Of a stretch of 64,000 nucleotides of DNA, positions 23,561 through 38,200 are shown piece by piece. The position numbers and the translations under genes are program-made. Position 1 is the stretch's first letter; each line of letters begins with the position of its first letter. Source of the DNA: Macrostomum lignano (Eukaryota); the NCBI GenBank assembly GCA_002269645.1, contig NIVC01002130.1:10038-74037 (forward strand), read 5' to 3'. The notes under the pieces were generated by a model. That model saw only the letters and a program-made list of their open reading frames with translations. It was not told where the DNA came from and did not search any database.

Positions 23561-24104
23561 CTTATTACCAGAACCCTATTCATATCACTAAACGCACTAA
23601 TTGTCTTGCTACTTTTCATTCCATTTCGCTAACTAAATTTCTGGCACAATATAAAATTCAAAATCAAAATAAATCCGACAAGTGACTGTTCAAACTATTT
23701 GTGTGATCAAAGTCCCCGCCTCTTGACTCTCGTATGTGTAACTCAGATTAAGTAGACTGTAGTATTGGCCGAAGTTCGATGCAAGATACAGTTACGAGAT
23801 GCGTTCGGAAAAATTAACTATCTTTGAAGAAAATAGCCAAGTCAGTCTTTATTACTGTGCTCAGGAAAGCGTGAGCACGCAGCTGGAGACTCGTGACTAG
23901 CCATACCCTGTGCAAAATCTGACAACTATGCGCCTGAATGTCTGTAGAATACAAGACTGCGATAAATTGGAAATATAGATCCTTATCTGTCTCCATATTT
24001 CATATTTTTAACGAATCTGGCCCTGACGAAGAGCTCATAGAAATCCTTGTTGAATCCGAAGAACAGTTGCCTAAATTATCTGTCTATCACATCTCGTCTG
24101 CTTA

Positions 24105-24740
24105 ACTATCGTACAAGGACTACTAAATTAAGTAGACGCAATTCACTGTTGAGATCGTACATGGACTACTAAATAATTTAGACGCGATTCACTGTTGAGA
24201 TCGTACAAGGACTACTAAATTAAGTAGACGCGATTCACTGCGATAAGATCGTACAAGGACTACTAAATTAAGTAGACGCGATTCACTGCGATAAGATCGT
24301 ACAAGGACTACTAAATTAGGTAGACGCGATTCACTGTTGAGATCGTACAAGGACTACTAAATTAGGTAGACGCGATTCACTGTTGAGATCGAACAAGGAC
24401 TACTAAATAATTTAGACGCGATTCGCTAATTAGATCGTACAAGGACTACTAAATTAAGTAGACGCGATTCACTGATCACATCGTACAAGGACTACTAATA
24501 TTAGTGGCCGCGATTCACTCATGAGATCGTTAAAGGGCTACTATCAATAAAATAAATGGACGCGATTCAATGATGGCATCGTTAAAGGACTTCTAAATTA
24601 AGTGGACGCGATTCATTGCGATGAGATCGAACAAGGACTACTAATATTAGTGGACGCGATTCACTGCGATGAGATCGAACAAGGACTACTAATATTAGTG
24701 AACGCGATTCACCGAGGGTTCTCCAAGGACTACTAAAATG
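24105..24740. repeat. About 45 bp degenerate minisatellite
   Basis: Repeated gatcgtacaaggactactaaattaagtagacgcgattcactg. Confidence 0.93.
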
Positions 24741-25461
24741 AGCTACTGAAGACTAGAGTCGCATATTTCCAGCATTCGATGGCATAGCAGCCATGCCAAA
24801 GTGCTAAATCCAATCCAGCGAAGAACAAGTGAGAACCGCATGATGCGTGCATCTGACAGGCACGCATGCGCTCAAGAGACTCAACGCCTATTCTCTGTAA
24901 ACAGAATCATCAGCCGGCGGAGTTGAACAGCTGCAGTTAAACAAGAATAGGGAGCAAAAGAAAAAGAATGGAAAGTGATCCATAATTTGAGGATCGGGAA
25001 GGGCCAGCCCCTCGGCCTCCTAAATGAAGCGAACGAGCTCTCCTTGACATCAGCTACCCGCCCTTCTGTTTCAGTTTTAGCCTTCAATTAGTGCTGCCTC
25101 GCCTCGCCGTCACAGACTGAAGTTTCTTCCCATCCATTTAATTTCTATTCCTATTCTAAAGGGATGGGAAATGAGAAATGAGTATAGCTCATTTTCTTCT
25201 AGCAGTTGTCCGTGATTACAGATGCAGCCGCAGTTTGCTGTCCTGTAATTTCTGGTTGCCTCGTATTGCCTGATAAAAGTCAGGGGCGGGGGATGTGGGC
25301 CACCTGCGATCTGGGGAGGAGAGGGGGGTCAGAGCAGCCCACGGCAGTTCGTGAGAAACTCGCTGAGGGTTGCTCAGTACGTTGTCAAGGCATTTTCAGT
25401 GAGCTTACGAGCTAATCATTAGGCTTCAGTCTAGCTCGGGTTCTCGTCGGATATCAGCTTT

Positions 25462-26075
25462 CTGAAGGGAGTAATCCCAGCTTTCTGAAGTGAGTAATCC
25501 CAGCTTGCTGAAGTGAGTAATCCCCACTTGCTGAAGTAAGTAATCCCCGCTTGATGAAGAGAGAGTAATGTCAGCTTGATGAAGTGAGTAATGTCAGCTT
25601 GGTGAAGTGAGTAATCCCAGCTTGATGAAGTGAGTAATCCCAGCTTGATGAAGTGAGTAATCCCAGCTTGATGGAGTGAGTAATCCCAGCTTGATGAAGT
25701 GAGTAATCCCAGCTTGATGGAGTGAGTAATCCCAGCTTGATGGAGTGAGTAATCCCAGCTTGATGAAGAAAGCAGTCCCAGCTTGATGAAGTGAGTAATC
25801 CCAGCTTGATGAAGTGAGTAATCCCAGCTTGATGAAGTGAGTAATCCCAGCTTGATGAAGTGAGTAATCCCAGCTTGATGAAGTGAGTAATCCCAGCTTG
25901 ATGAAGTGAGTAATCCCAGCTTGATGAAGTGAGTAATCCCAGCTTGATGAAGTGAGTAATCCCAGCTTGATGAAGTGAGTAATCCCAGCTTGATGAAGTG
26001 AGTAATCCCAGCTTGATGAAGTGAGTAATCCCAGCTTGATGGAGTGAGTAATCCCAGCTTGATGGAGTGAGTAAT
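25462..26075. repeat. 23 bp minisatellite (CCCAGCTTGATGAAGTGAGTAAT)
   Basis: Direct inspection. Confidence 0.97.
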
Positions 26076-26539
26076 TAATATCTGCAGAACAAAGAGCAGA
26101 AGTCCTGATCAAATCAGCTTGGTATCGGATTTCAACCTACTTTGCTCAGTGATATGATTTCCGAACCCCAACCCTAACAACCGGAATTATCCGAATGAAC
26201 AATAAGCAAATGAAGAGGTCTAACAGCCATGACTCCAATCCTGAGATATGGATTAAACAAACTGAAAACGAATGGGCAGAGCTTGTCAATCTGGCAGCTT
26301 AGCATTCCAACAGGTGCCAGAATACGCAGAGGGGCTGTCCAGAAATCAATAATCTACATTTTCAATAATTTCAGCGTTCTAAGAGTGCCAAAAGTACAAG
26401 TAGAGCCAAGGTTTGAATGTAATCGAATTTACTTTGTTTACAGTCTAAAGACATGCGTATCAGACGTTTTATGCAGAGATTTGGCTAAACACGTTTACTT
26501 ATATTAAGTATAGACTGGCACCATAGGTAACCCAGACAA

Positions 26540-27625
26540 GAAAGAAGAGAGATGAGATTAGATGGAAGAGACGAGAGAGAAGAGAGATGAGATTTGATGG
26601 AAGAGACGAGAGAGAAGAGAGATGAGATTTGATGGAAGACACAAGGGAGAAGAGAGATTAGATTAGATGGAAGAGACGAGAGAGAAGAGAGATTCGATTA
26701 GATGGAAGACACAAGGGAGAAGAGAGATGAGATTAGATGGAAGAGACGAGAGAGAAGAGAGATTCGATCAGATGGAAGACACAAGGGAGAAGAGAGATCA
26801 GATGAAATGGAAGAGACGAGGGAGAAGAGAGATCAGATGAAATGGAAGAGACAAGGGAGAAGAGAGATTAGATTAGATGGAAGAGACGAGAGAGAAGAGA
26901 GATTCGATTAGATGGAAGACACAAGGGAGAAGAGAGATCAGATGAAATGGAAGAGACAAGGGAGAAGAGAGATTAGATTAGATGGAAGAGACGAGAGAGA
27001 AGAGAGATTCGATCAGATGGAAGACACAAGGGAGAAGAGAGATCAGATGAAATGGAAGACACAAGGGAGAAGAGAGATCAGATGAAATGGAAGAGACGAG
27101 GGAGAAGAGAGATCAGATGAAATGGAAGAGACAAGGGAGAAGAGAGATTAGATTAGATGGAAGAGACGAGAGAGAAGAGAGATTCGATTAGATGGAAGAC
27201 ACAAGGGAGAAGAGAGATCAGATGAAATGGAAGAGACAAGGGAGAAGAGAGATTAGATTAGATGGAAGAGACGAGAGAGAAGAGAGATTCGATTAGATGG
27301 AAGACACAAGGGAGAAGAGAGATCAGATGAAATGAAAGAGACAAGGGAGAAGAGAGATTAGATTAGATGGAAGAGACGAGAGAGAAGAGAGATTCGATTA
27401 GATGGAAGACACAAGGGAGAAGAGAGATCAGATGAAATGGAAGAGACGAGGGAGAAGAGAGATGAGATGAAATGGAAGAGACGAGGGAGAAGAGAGATTA
27501 GATTAGATGGAAGACACAAAGGAGAAGAGAGATCAGATGAAATGGAAGAGACAAGGGAGAAAAGAGATTATATCAGATGGAAGAGACGAGGGAGAAGAGA
27601 GATGAGATTAGAGGGACGAGATAGA
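26540..27625. repeat. About 30 bp purine-rich minisatellite
   Basis: Repeated gagaagagagattagattagatggaagacacaagg variants. Confidence 0.93.
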
Positions 27626-28115
27626 GGTAGAATAAAGCGGGGATTAGATGGGGAGGCTCACGGTGAATAAAGAGCAGAATAGCTGGCGCAGCCGGGCCAA
27701 AGTCGGTTCGGTTCAGCAGGTGCCCCCTCCCCAGCCCCCCAGCCCGAACACGCAAAAGTCGGGAGCAGCAAAAAGAGCAACAGCAGAGACAAGTTGCCGA
27801 TCTCGTCCAAGCAATTCGATACAGAGAGAAGACGGCAAGGCGCAGCGCCGAGTGTGACCGCTAGCCTTTGTCCCTTCCCGCTGGCCTGCCTAACCGACCG
27901 AGCGGCTCTTCAGAACTCGAAATCAAACTGAGACCGCGGAGGAACCGCCTCATCGCCCTGAGGGACTATTTAAGCTTATTTAGGCTTATGAATAAGCTGC
28001 TGAGGTCATAAGCATACTTGTGGCCGAAATAGAAATCCCTGCGCTGTCTGTTTTAATGCAGTGCCAGATACGATAATAGAGCCGCGATTCTCTACTACAA
28101 GTAGTCTAGTGCAAG

Positions 28116-28198
<83 letters not shown>
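28116..28198. repeat. (TATC)n microsatellite
   Basis: Direct inspection. Confidence 0.98.
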
Positions 28199-28199
<1 letters not shown>

Positions 28200-28904
28200 C
28201 CTGCACGCCGGACAGCCCCTCTAAGAGCCGGCGCGCCCAGCAAACCCAATTAGGGTGCCTCAATGCATCTCTCTGTCTCAAGTTCTTGCCAAAAATCCTC
28301 AAGACTACCCGGGTGGTTGAGTGGCCAATGGTGTGATCGAGTTAGCAGGCTTAAGGCTCGCCATAATTTCATTACAGCAGCATAAATATCCCGCAGTATA
28401 AAATGAATTAATTCTGGCCATATGGCTCAGCTTCTCCAGCCTCTCTCTCACGATCTCAACCAGTTCCAAAGGCGCTCCGAGTCTACGCCCACGACCAAGA
28501 TTCGTTCTTCTGCTTTAAATTATCTCAGGCGAAGAAAATCCCAACCTCATCACCATGGCAACCGGACTGGCCAGGATTTAATCGGGCGGAAATCGAGACC
28601 ACCCCCCCCCCGCGAAGTCGCTATGGGAAAAATGGGATATAAAGAAAATAGAGTGGAGAAGAGCGGAAAGGATCCGGACCCCACGGCCTGCGCGCATCCT
28701 GACCGCCTGTGGGACTGATTGGACTTCTGCCGCCACCCCCTAAACACAATTATATGGCCTGCCAGCCCGCATTCACCTTCCTTCTCTTGCTCCTGTTCCT
28801 CAAGCTTCGGCCTTCATCAAATTATTCTCTCGCCTTTTGCCGAACTTCTCCTTTCAGCCTTCTCTTCAGCCTCTCCTCCTTTCGTCTAAATTTCTTCATA
28901 TGAT

Positions 28905-29125
28905 TTTCCCCTTTATAATTTCACTCCCTTCATCATTTCAATCCCTTCATCATTTCACTCCCTTCATCATTTCACTCCCTTCATCATTTCACTCCCTTCA
29001 TCATTTCACTCCCTTCATCATTTCACTCCCTTCATCAATTCGCTCCCTTCATCAATTCGCTCCCTTCATCTTTTCGCTCCCTTTATTATTTCACTCTCCT
29101 TATCAGTTCATCCCCTTCATCCTTT
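28905..29125. repeat. 17 bp pyrimidine-rich repeat (TTCACTCCCTTCATCAT)
   Basis: Direct inspection. Confidence 0.9.
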
Positions 29126-29474
29126 CTCCATTTAAATCCACAATAAATCAAAAAGTAAAATACGCCTCATGCATCGGCGAGAGGATTTAGGGAATAATAG
29201 GCTCCGAGGCTTAGGTTTCCATTAATAGCAGCGAGTGACGTTGCTTCTGCCAATTTAATTCATCGGATTTATCTTTGAGCCGCAGCGAGTGGCGGCACCG
29301 ACTCCTTGAAAGATATAAAGCGTCTGGTTATTAAAAGTCCTTTCTCTGTGCTTTCATATTTTTTAATTATGGCTGTCATTAAAGTCAGGTGCATATTCGT
29401 GACTTGCGAACCGAAGTGATTGTTTCATTTGAATAGAATGTCGCAAACAATAATCAAAGATTGTGTATGGTAAA

Positions 29475-30225
29475 AAAGGAGGAATGTACAAGTGAGAATA
29501 GACATGCAAGTAGAGAGACTGGAGAGTCAAGGGAGAGTAAACATTGGAGTAGATAGAAGTTAGAGAGACAAGTGAAAATAGACATGGGAGTAGAGAGATT
29601 AGAGGCAAGTGAGAATAGGTATGGGAGTAATAAGAGATTAGAGCGACAAGTGAGAATAGACATGAGAGTACTGAGAGATTAGAGAGTCAAGTGAGAATAG
29701 ACATTAGAGTAGAGAAAAATTAGAGACAAGCGAGAATAGACATAGGAGTAGTGAGAGATTAGAGAGACTAGTGAGAATAGACATGGGAGTAGAGAGATTA
29801 CGGAGACTAGTGAGAAGAGATATTGGAGTAGTGAGAGATTAGAGAGAGACTAGTGAGAATAGACATGGGAGTAGAGAGATTACAGAGACTAGTGAGAAGA
29901 GATATTGGAGTAGTGAGAGATTATAGAGTCAAGTGAGAATTGACATGGGAGTAGAGAGATTACAGAGACTAGTGAGAAGAGATATTGGAGTAGTGAGAGA
30001 TTATAGAGTCAAGTGAGAATAGACATGGGAGTAGAGAGACCGGAGAGTCAAGTGAGAATAGACATGGGAGTAGAGAAAAATTAGAGAGACAAGCGAGAAT
30101 AGACATTGGAGTAGTGAGAGATTAGAGAGACTAGTGAGAATAGACATGGGAGTAGAGAGATTACAGAGACTAGTGAGAATAGACATCGGAGTAGTGAGAG
30201 TTAGAGAGACTGGTGAGAATGAGAT
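29475..30225. repeat. Purine-rich composite minisatellite
   Basis: Repeated gagtagtgagagattagagagactagtgagaatagacatgg variants. Confidence 0.9.
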
Positions 30226-33200
30226 AGTTTTGATAAGAATGAGAGGTAAGGCAGAAGGTTCGACCCCTACAGTTAGAGGCTGCATAATTACTGCTCGCGA
30301 GTTGTCGTACAGAAGCCCCAAGAAAACTAATTAAGCACTCATAACAAACTATTTATTGACATTGTCAAGCATTAGCCGACTAAATAAACTGAAAATTACC
30401 GATGGATTTATCGGGCTTAATGCTTGGGTAATAAAAGGTAATTGTATGCGAGCGGGTGGGAATTGCAGTGCAGTATTGCCGTCAGTTCCATGCAATAAAA
30501 GCTCTCACCCACTGCCACTCACAGTTCGTTTCCTTCACAAGATCAAGTCTGGCATCTAAGAGGAGTTCACCATGCCATTGCCAGTGCCTGCTCTGGCGAT
30601 CTCTGTGACGGAAGCAGCAGAGCAGAGCAAGGCTAAGTCTGTGTTTTTTGAGTGGCAGTTTCTCTGCTCTCCCACTGTTTCAATATGCGTCATAGTCAGT
30701 AAATCAATATCGCTGCCCAGCCTGGCAACGCAGACTTTGCCTGCCCCCTGGCACACCGGATGGCGGTGAGAAGAAGAAGAAGAGGATATTGCAGACTTTG
30801 CGCAATGGGTTAGAAGATTTATTCCACTCCAAAATATTGTCCTGCTCTGTCCGAACGCGTAAGCTGTACGAGTTGCTATAGGCGTGGAGCTCAAATACAA
30901 ATCACCTTTAATTTAAGCGTTTTCCGCCGCTGAAAGACTCATGCTTTTGACTGAGTCTTGATTTGGCTTTGGCTGCCTGAAAGCATTCTGGACATGCAAC
31001 CCGAAAACTCCGTTGAAAACTCGAATTTTCCATGCAGAAACAGCAAAGCTTTCTGCTTGAATTAGCAATTGCCCATCTCTTCCTGCCACTCTGGACCAGA
31101 GCACCATTCGCTCCCTCATCATTCTGTCCCGCGCTGGCTTATATTTTATCTGGGGCACGAATCCGCTCCCTCTTCGCTTTTTCCTCGGGTGCTTTTCCTG
31201 CCTGTTTATCAGCTGGCCTGCCAGTTCGCGTTAATACAGGCAGACTATCATTCAGTTAGGCAAAGGGACTTGGACTAACGAGTGCTCAGCGCGGGGATGC
31301 AGAGGCTTACTGTGAGTAAGAACTCGGTACAAAGCTTAAGAACAGAGCCGAAATCCTTTGAATAAACCACCTGATTCTATATCCGACTGGGACTTTAAGG
31401 AAAAGACGAAAATTGGGATATTTTTTTGAGAAATAAAACATCGAATTCAAAGGCTCTTCTTTGACCGAGAGCCGTTAATTTTTACAAGAATTAGCAACAT
31501 TTAATAGATAGTTGATGCTGCATGGAGGCTGCTATATAAAAATGGCATACACTCCGATAAATCCCTATGTAGGTTAAGAAATTGAAATCAGTAGTATAGC
31601 CAAATGTTGAATAATATTAAATTCACGGAAATTGAAGGGAAATTAAAGCAAATAAAGTTCGCTTATAGAATTACTCATTAGAGCCGGACGAGATGCTGGA
31701 AATTCCCACTAAGAAGTCGGACAATGAGAGGAGAAAGGAAGAAAGAAGAAGGAAAAGAGAGCTGGAGCACTATCCATCAGTGAGCACTCGAACCAGTCGC
31801 TGTGTTCCGGGGAAGCCTATCGCGTTTAGGAGGACGTGGACTAAAATTCAGGCCAAAGTGGGAGGGAAAGCTACGGGAAAAAGGGGCCGCTTCGAGATGC
31901 GGGATGAAAAAATGCCGACCCGCGGTAGTCTGAGCGGGAAGGTAAAATGACAGGAAATTTGGCCGGGTGTGTGGGTGGATGGAAACAAGCTATTATCGGG
32001 GACGAAAGGAATGGGGATGTCTGAGTAGATGTGCCTAACTTCGCACCTAGCTAGTATATGAGAGCTCAATAGAGATTTGTATTTTTACTTAATTAACAAG
32101 TTCTATACCGCCTTGTAACCGGGTCATGAGATCCTATATTTATCTGAGAGCTGTTTTAAAAGGAAAATCAATAAAAAACAAAAAGCCTAAAAATAACCAA
32201 AGTGCAGGTTGAACTCCAAAAGGCTCAACAAAACAGTAAACAAGCCCAATATTACAAATTTCGGAAGTCACATTCGCTTCTATAACGAATATTATGATGT
32301 TTATTGTAGGTGAACATTCGCATAAATAATACCACCGGCTGGCAGCTGATGGATTTCCCGACTAAGGCTTATAGCATGTAATAAAAACAGTAATCTTCAG
32401 GGTCTATAGTAGGGCCTAGAAGTGAATAACGCTGCCTGCGCAATAACCAATAAAATCCGCTTCAATATATGCAAGACCATGCCCAATAAAATGCAACCCA
32501 ATAGCTGATCAACTGCGCGCCATGAGACCTGCTTTGACGTCACACTCGCCTGCAATATTTAGTGAGCAAGCGGCCCGGGCGTCTCTCGCTGTCTGGCTCT
32601 CTGTCTTTCTCGCTCTGCCCTACCTAACTACCCCACCATTGCATTTCCATTTCATTCCGGGGGATTATTAGAATGGGAATCGGCTTGCGGGGTTGAAGGG
32701 GAGAACAGGAGGAGGAGTCCGGCGGTCGCATAGCAAAATCCCTGTCTTTGAAGGTCGCAGAGTTGCACGGGGGTTGGAGGGCTGAAAGGCCGAAAGGGTG
32801 AGGGGCGCTGGGGGAGAGTTGCTTATTCAACTTCTTAGCCTCTCTGTCTATATCTGTCTAGTTTTGGTGGGAATTGGCACGGACTATTGGAACTAGAGGC
32901 ACAGCCACTCGCTCTCAATTGGTTGCTGGGGCTGGCCCCCACCCCCACCTCCCCACCAACCTCATGGCTACCAGCGGACACTGAGCTCAACTCTCCTCCC
33001 TCTTCTCTACCACCCACCTCTCGCTCACTCATTCTCTTCTCAGTCAAATTATAGCTCTTTCCCTCAAAAAACCCAAGCCTCCCAGCAAAGCCGCTTGCCT
33101 TCCCCATCCAAATGTGCAGTTCCCGCCAAATCCTGGCCTGAATTCAGTTTTGATCGGTTGATTTTGCCTGTTCGTTGGAGCTTGTAACTTATACCTACCT

Positions 33201-33267
33201 CGCTTGAGAAGCAACCAGTTTCATGTAAGTAAAAGTTATGATGTAATTTTATGATCTGTTGATCACC

Positions 33268-33680
33268 CGTCACTGAGACCTACTCCTGAAACCAGTCACT
33301 GAGACCTACTTCTGAAGCCCGTCACTGAGACCTACTTCTGAAGCCCGTCACTGACACCTACTTCTGAAACCAGTCACTGAGACCTACTTCTGAAGCCCGT
33401 CACTGACACCTACTTCTGAAACCAGTCACTGAGACCTACTTCTGAAGCCCGTCACTGACACCTACTTCTGAAACCAGTCACTGAGACCTACTTCTGAAGC
33501 CCGTCACTGAGACCTACTTCTGAAACCAGTCACTGAGACCTACTTCTGAAGCCCGTCACTGACACCTACTCCTGAAACCTGTCACTGACACCTACTTCTG
33601 AAACAAGTCACTGAAACCTACTTCTGAAATCAGTCACCGAGACCTACTTCTGAAACAAGTCACTTGGACCTACTTCTGAG
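33268..33680. repeat. 26 bp minisatellite (CCCGTCACTGAGACCTACTTCTGAAG)
   Basis: Direct inspection. Confidence 0.95.
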
Positions 33681-35019
33681 ACTTTTCTTGAACCTGTGTT
33701 CAAGACCTGTTATTGAATAGCTTAAGCCTATTGATCTAGCTAATGCTAGCTTTACTTCTAGTTTATACCAATCTAAATAGCCGCATTGCGAGTAATGCAC
33801 AAAGCTTATCAGTCCAAAAAATATTGACAGATCCAAATACTCGCAAAGATTGCGTTGATAAATACGGCAAATTGCCTATAGCAAATACAGCATTCAAGCG
33901 AACCCCCCCCCCCCCTATCCAACTTGAGCGAATTGACAAGACGATATAAGCCTATGAATTGAGTATTGCGTAGTTACACTGCCTAGGTCGGATATGTTTC
34001 GGCCAACGGCAGCAAACTAAAGCAAATCTAACTAAAAATCTTTTATTCGCATCATCTTTTCTGGCACAATAGTTAGTTAAAGCATGCGGTTCAGTCCAGG
34101 CCACTCGGATCTATTGAGTTTGGCGCTTACGCGAGTTAAATGAGTAACACGCGTTAGAATAGCAGTGGCCCGAGAGTGTCGCTGTAAAGCTGCAAGGTGG
34201 GACCACATGCGCACAGAGGCCAGATAGATACATCTTGAGAGAGTAGCTATACTAATTTTGCTTCATCTTGCTCATCTTTTGTTGCTAGCATCAGTTCCAG
34301 AAGAAAAAAACCAAACGCAGTAAGAAGAGTGACGCATTTTTTTCTGAGCTCGCGCCATTGCTGCCACTTTTTTGCGCATTTTGCTTCGCTGCTCAACAGA
34401 ATGAATCAAATTGAGTCTGTCTCTTATTAGAGAGCGAGAGACGGAATGATGATAGGAGAACAGAAACCTAACCGTTTCCGAGGCCCTCCGAGCCCCTCAG
34501 GGGACAAAAGGCAGCAAAAAGCAATGTCGAAAAAACCACACTGGGAGAGAGTGCGTGAGCAGCTGACAGACTTGTGAAAAAATGCTGCATTTAAGCTGCA
34601 GATTGGCTACAGTGCGGAGAGCAGTAGATGTAGAAAAATAGGATGGTAGGTCCTGATACCCAGCGCGTAGACCGTCTCATGGGAGGGCTTTGAGTTAGAA
34701 ATGCAATTAGGCAAATCTTTGCAACCTGGAATCGGTTTCTTGTGACTAAGCCGACCCGCGGCTTGGCTGGTATGTTTAAAGCAATCTTTTGCCTTTTAAT
34801 TTCGATGGAAATACGATTCAGAATACGCTCGTATCTTCCAGGGCTCAGTGGCTGCCGTTGAGGTCCCTGAGTTGAAACGGGAAACAGATCCGAGGGCCAA
34901 ATTGAGGTGACGGCAGATTCCTAGAAATTAATGAGAATTCCTCCGCCTCAGCCAGGAATTTCAAGGCTCTCTATAGTGCAAACTGCTGATTTTTGCATGT
35001 AGGTATGAAGGACATGCAT

Positions 35020-35664
<645 letters not shown>

Positions 35665-35880
35665 GGCCCGGGAGGACATAGAATAACAACAGTGAAAAAA
35701 GCGGCACTCCATTTTGCCGATGCAATTCCTGATTAATTTTTGCATACTAATATAGAAAGCAGTACAACCCGGCCTCTTCAAGCAGCAGTTTGAAGCTGGA
35801 AGTGGTTCATTGTGATCATTTATTAGATGGATGATTCATAGTCCGTCTCCAATGTGTCTTCATCTGCTTTTTTGTCTTTT

Positions 35881-35881
<1 letters not shown>

Positions 35882-35958
<77 letters not shown>

Positions 35959-35960
35959 AG
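35882..35960. repeat. (TC)n microsatellite
   Basis: Direct inspection. Confidence 0.97.
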
Positions 35961-36943
35961 TCTCTCTCAATCTCTCTCTCAGTCTCTCCCAATCTTTCTC
36001 TCAGTCTCTCTCAGTCTTTCTTAAACTCTCTCAGTCTCTCTCAGTCTCTCTCAATTCCATTTCTCTTAGTCTCCCAATCCGTCTGTCTTTCAATCTCGCT
36101 TTCTCTGTCTCTCAGTCTCGAATCTCTCTTAATTGCCTTCAGTTTCCAAGTCAATACGACCTCGCCTTCTGACAGGCTCGCACGCAGTGTGAAGTGGCTC
36201 CCGAATCGGGGCCCGCTTAAGCACTATTTCTGCTAATCCGACTCGCAGAGCCTGATTAAATTAGATTATTCGAATCCCTATAGATCCAGCCAGGCTATGG
36301 TCGAGAGGAGGAGTGCGAGGGAGAAAGCGAGAGAGCAGGAGGCACCCCATCTCAAGAGGCAGTGCTAAGAGCTGGCTAGAAAAAGCTGGGAAAGTGCATA
36401 GTGCAAGTAAATAAGCAGAGACCGTTGCTATCCGGAGAGACAGGCAGGCAGAGGCGGGTCTAATGCGATTTTTAATCAGGAAAGCTGCTTCATCAGATGC
36501 AGCAAGATACATGCCTTCACTAGGACTCGGGAATGTAAGAGCTGGAGGCCGAAGATAAAAGGCTGAAGGCCACTTTATTCTCAACTTCCAGTGCGCTGTC
36601 AGATTTAATCTTTTTCTGACAGTCAACTGTACGCCGTTTAATGGTAGCCGGCTTATTTTCAATTGTAAAAAATGCACTTTTTGCGGTGTATTAGCGGGGA
36701 ATCGAGTTAATAAGGATAGGGGGCTGCAGCGTCGAACTACTAAAGTGTTCATTTTTCACAATATTCAGCCAAGTTGTGCGCTGCTAACTTTTATCTCCAC
36801 TAGTTAAGCAACAGCAAAACCTTCAAAACGTTCCAGCCGATTCGCAAAGTGACACGGGAGCTCCGCCTGCCCGGCCTCAGGGATATTTGGTGGTGGTGGA
36901 ATGCTCCACCAGCTCATTAGTCAGTCAGCCTTCCAAACCAAAC

Positions 36944-38200
36944 ATGTCTTCTACTGCTAGACTCGACGATGGCTCGGCAGCGACAGAAACGACGGTCGTA
37001 CCGAATGGCGAACTCGTTGGGTCTTCCGCTCCGGCGTCGGCGCTAACGAACGGCGAACATTCGCCCAACACAGGCCGGCCGCTACTCGGCTGCTGCGGCC
37101 GCCCGGCGTGTCCGGACCCGGCCAAGATTCGAACCTCGGACGCCGACTCTTTGGCCGTGCTAGAGCGTGTTCGGCGATTCGGCGCCAACAACGTCAGCTT
37201 AGACGAACGGGAAGCGCTGAGGAAGACCACCTTCTCAAACTGGGAGCACTCGGAGTACCAGCTGTTCCTCTATTTGCGCCAGATGTACATCGATCTGCGC
37301 TTTCCCGAACAGTTCAACTTTGACTTGGAGACTCTGGAAAACTTCCTCTACGATGTGTTCCGTCACTACAACCGAGTGCCGTTTCACAACTTCCATCACT
37401 GCTTCATGGTGGCGCAGATGTCCTACGCGCTCACCTGGATAAACAGCCTGTCGGAGATTTACTCCCCTCTGGAGCTGTTCTGCCTCCTCACCGCGGCCAT
37501 CTGCCATGATCTGGACCATCCGGGTCTCTCCAATCACTACCAGCGCAAGGCAAAGACTGTCCTAGCGCTTCGCTACAGCGACGCGTCCCCGTTGGAGAAT
37601 CACCATCTGGCTACGACATTCCGCATTCTCAGCAATCCCAGTTGCAACATCTTTCGCGGCCTGTCGCCCAGCGACTACCTGAAAGCCAGAGAAGCCGTTG
37701 TCCGCCTCATCCTGGCCACGGATATGAGCAGGCACCACGAAATTATCGAGGAATTTTCTGCTCTCAGCGGCCAGGTGGACTTTGGCAACGCCGGTCATCG
37801 TGAGCTGCTGCTCCGGCTGCTCATCAAAACCTCGGATGTCAGCAACGAGGCGCGGCCGTTCCCAACAGCTGACCGGTGGATCGACTGCCTGCTTGCCGAA
37901 TTCTTCAACGAAGCCCGTCTAGAGCGCAGCATGGGCATTGAGCCGCTGCCCACCATGGACCCGGAAGTTGTACGGAAGCCGCAGAGCCAGTGCCACTTTA
38001 TCAGCACAATCGCTCTGCCTCTGGCAACAATTTTAGCCGGAGTGTTCCCGCGCATTCGCGACTGTTACATCGGTCCGATTCAGAAACAGTTGGACTTTTA
38101 TTCCTCGGTGGTTCGAGCCGAGACGCGGGACAGCAAGACGGCTGCAGAGAAGCTGAACAATGGTGATGAGGAAGCGACAACTCAGGAGACGACACTTTAA
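36944..38200 (+). CDS. PDE9: Class I cyclic nucleotide phosphodiesterase, PDE9-like, single coding exon (418 aa from ATG 36944)
   Basis: PFHNFHHCFMVAQM, LLTAAICHDLDHPG, SPLENHH, LILATDMSRHHEI, SDVSNEARP and the invariant Gln in PQSQCHF. These motifs closely parallel human PDE9A as recalled. An upstream exon cannot be excluded. Confidence 0.9.
   Translation: MSSTARLDDGSAATETTVVPNGELVGSSAPASALTNGEHSPNTGRPLLGCCGRPACPDPAKIRTSDADSLAVLERVRRFGANNVSLDEREALRKTTFSNWEHSEYQLFLYLRQMYIDLRFPEQFNFDLETLENFLYDVFRHYNRVPFHNFHHCFMVAQMSYALTWINSLSEIYSPLELFCLLTAAICHDLDHPGLSNHYQRKAKTVLALRYSDASPLENHHLATTFRILSNPSCNIFRGLSPSDYLKAREAVVRLILATDMSRHHEIIEEFSALSGQVDFGNAGHRELLLRLLIKTSDVSNEARPFPTADRWIDCLLAEFFNEARLERSMGIEPLPTMDPEVVRKPQSQCHFISTIALPLATILAGVFPRIRDCYIGPIQKQLDFYSSVVRAETRDSKTAAEKLNNGDEEATTQETTL

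Noticed and set aside
32535-32542. CRE palindrome TGACGTCA with nearby CCAAT words, upstream of the PDE gene
   Set aside because: The same 8-mer also occurs near 4515 and 58795, it is 4.4 kb from the CDS, and there is no independent support.
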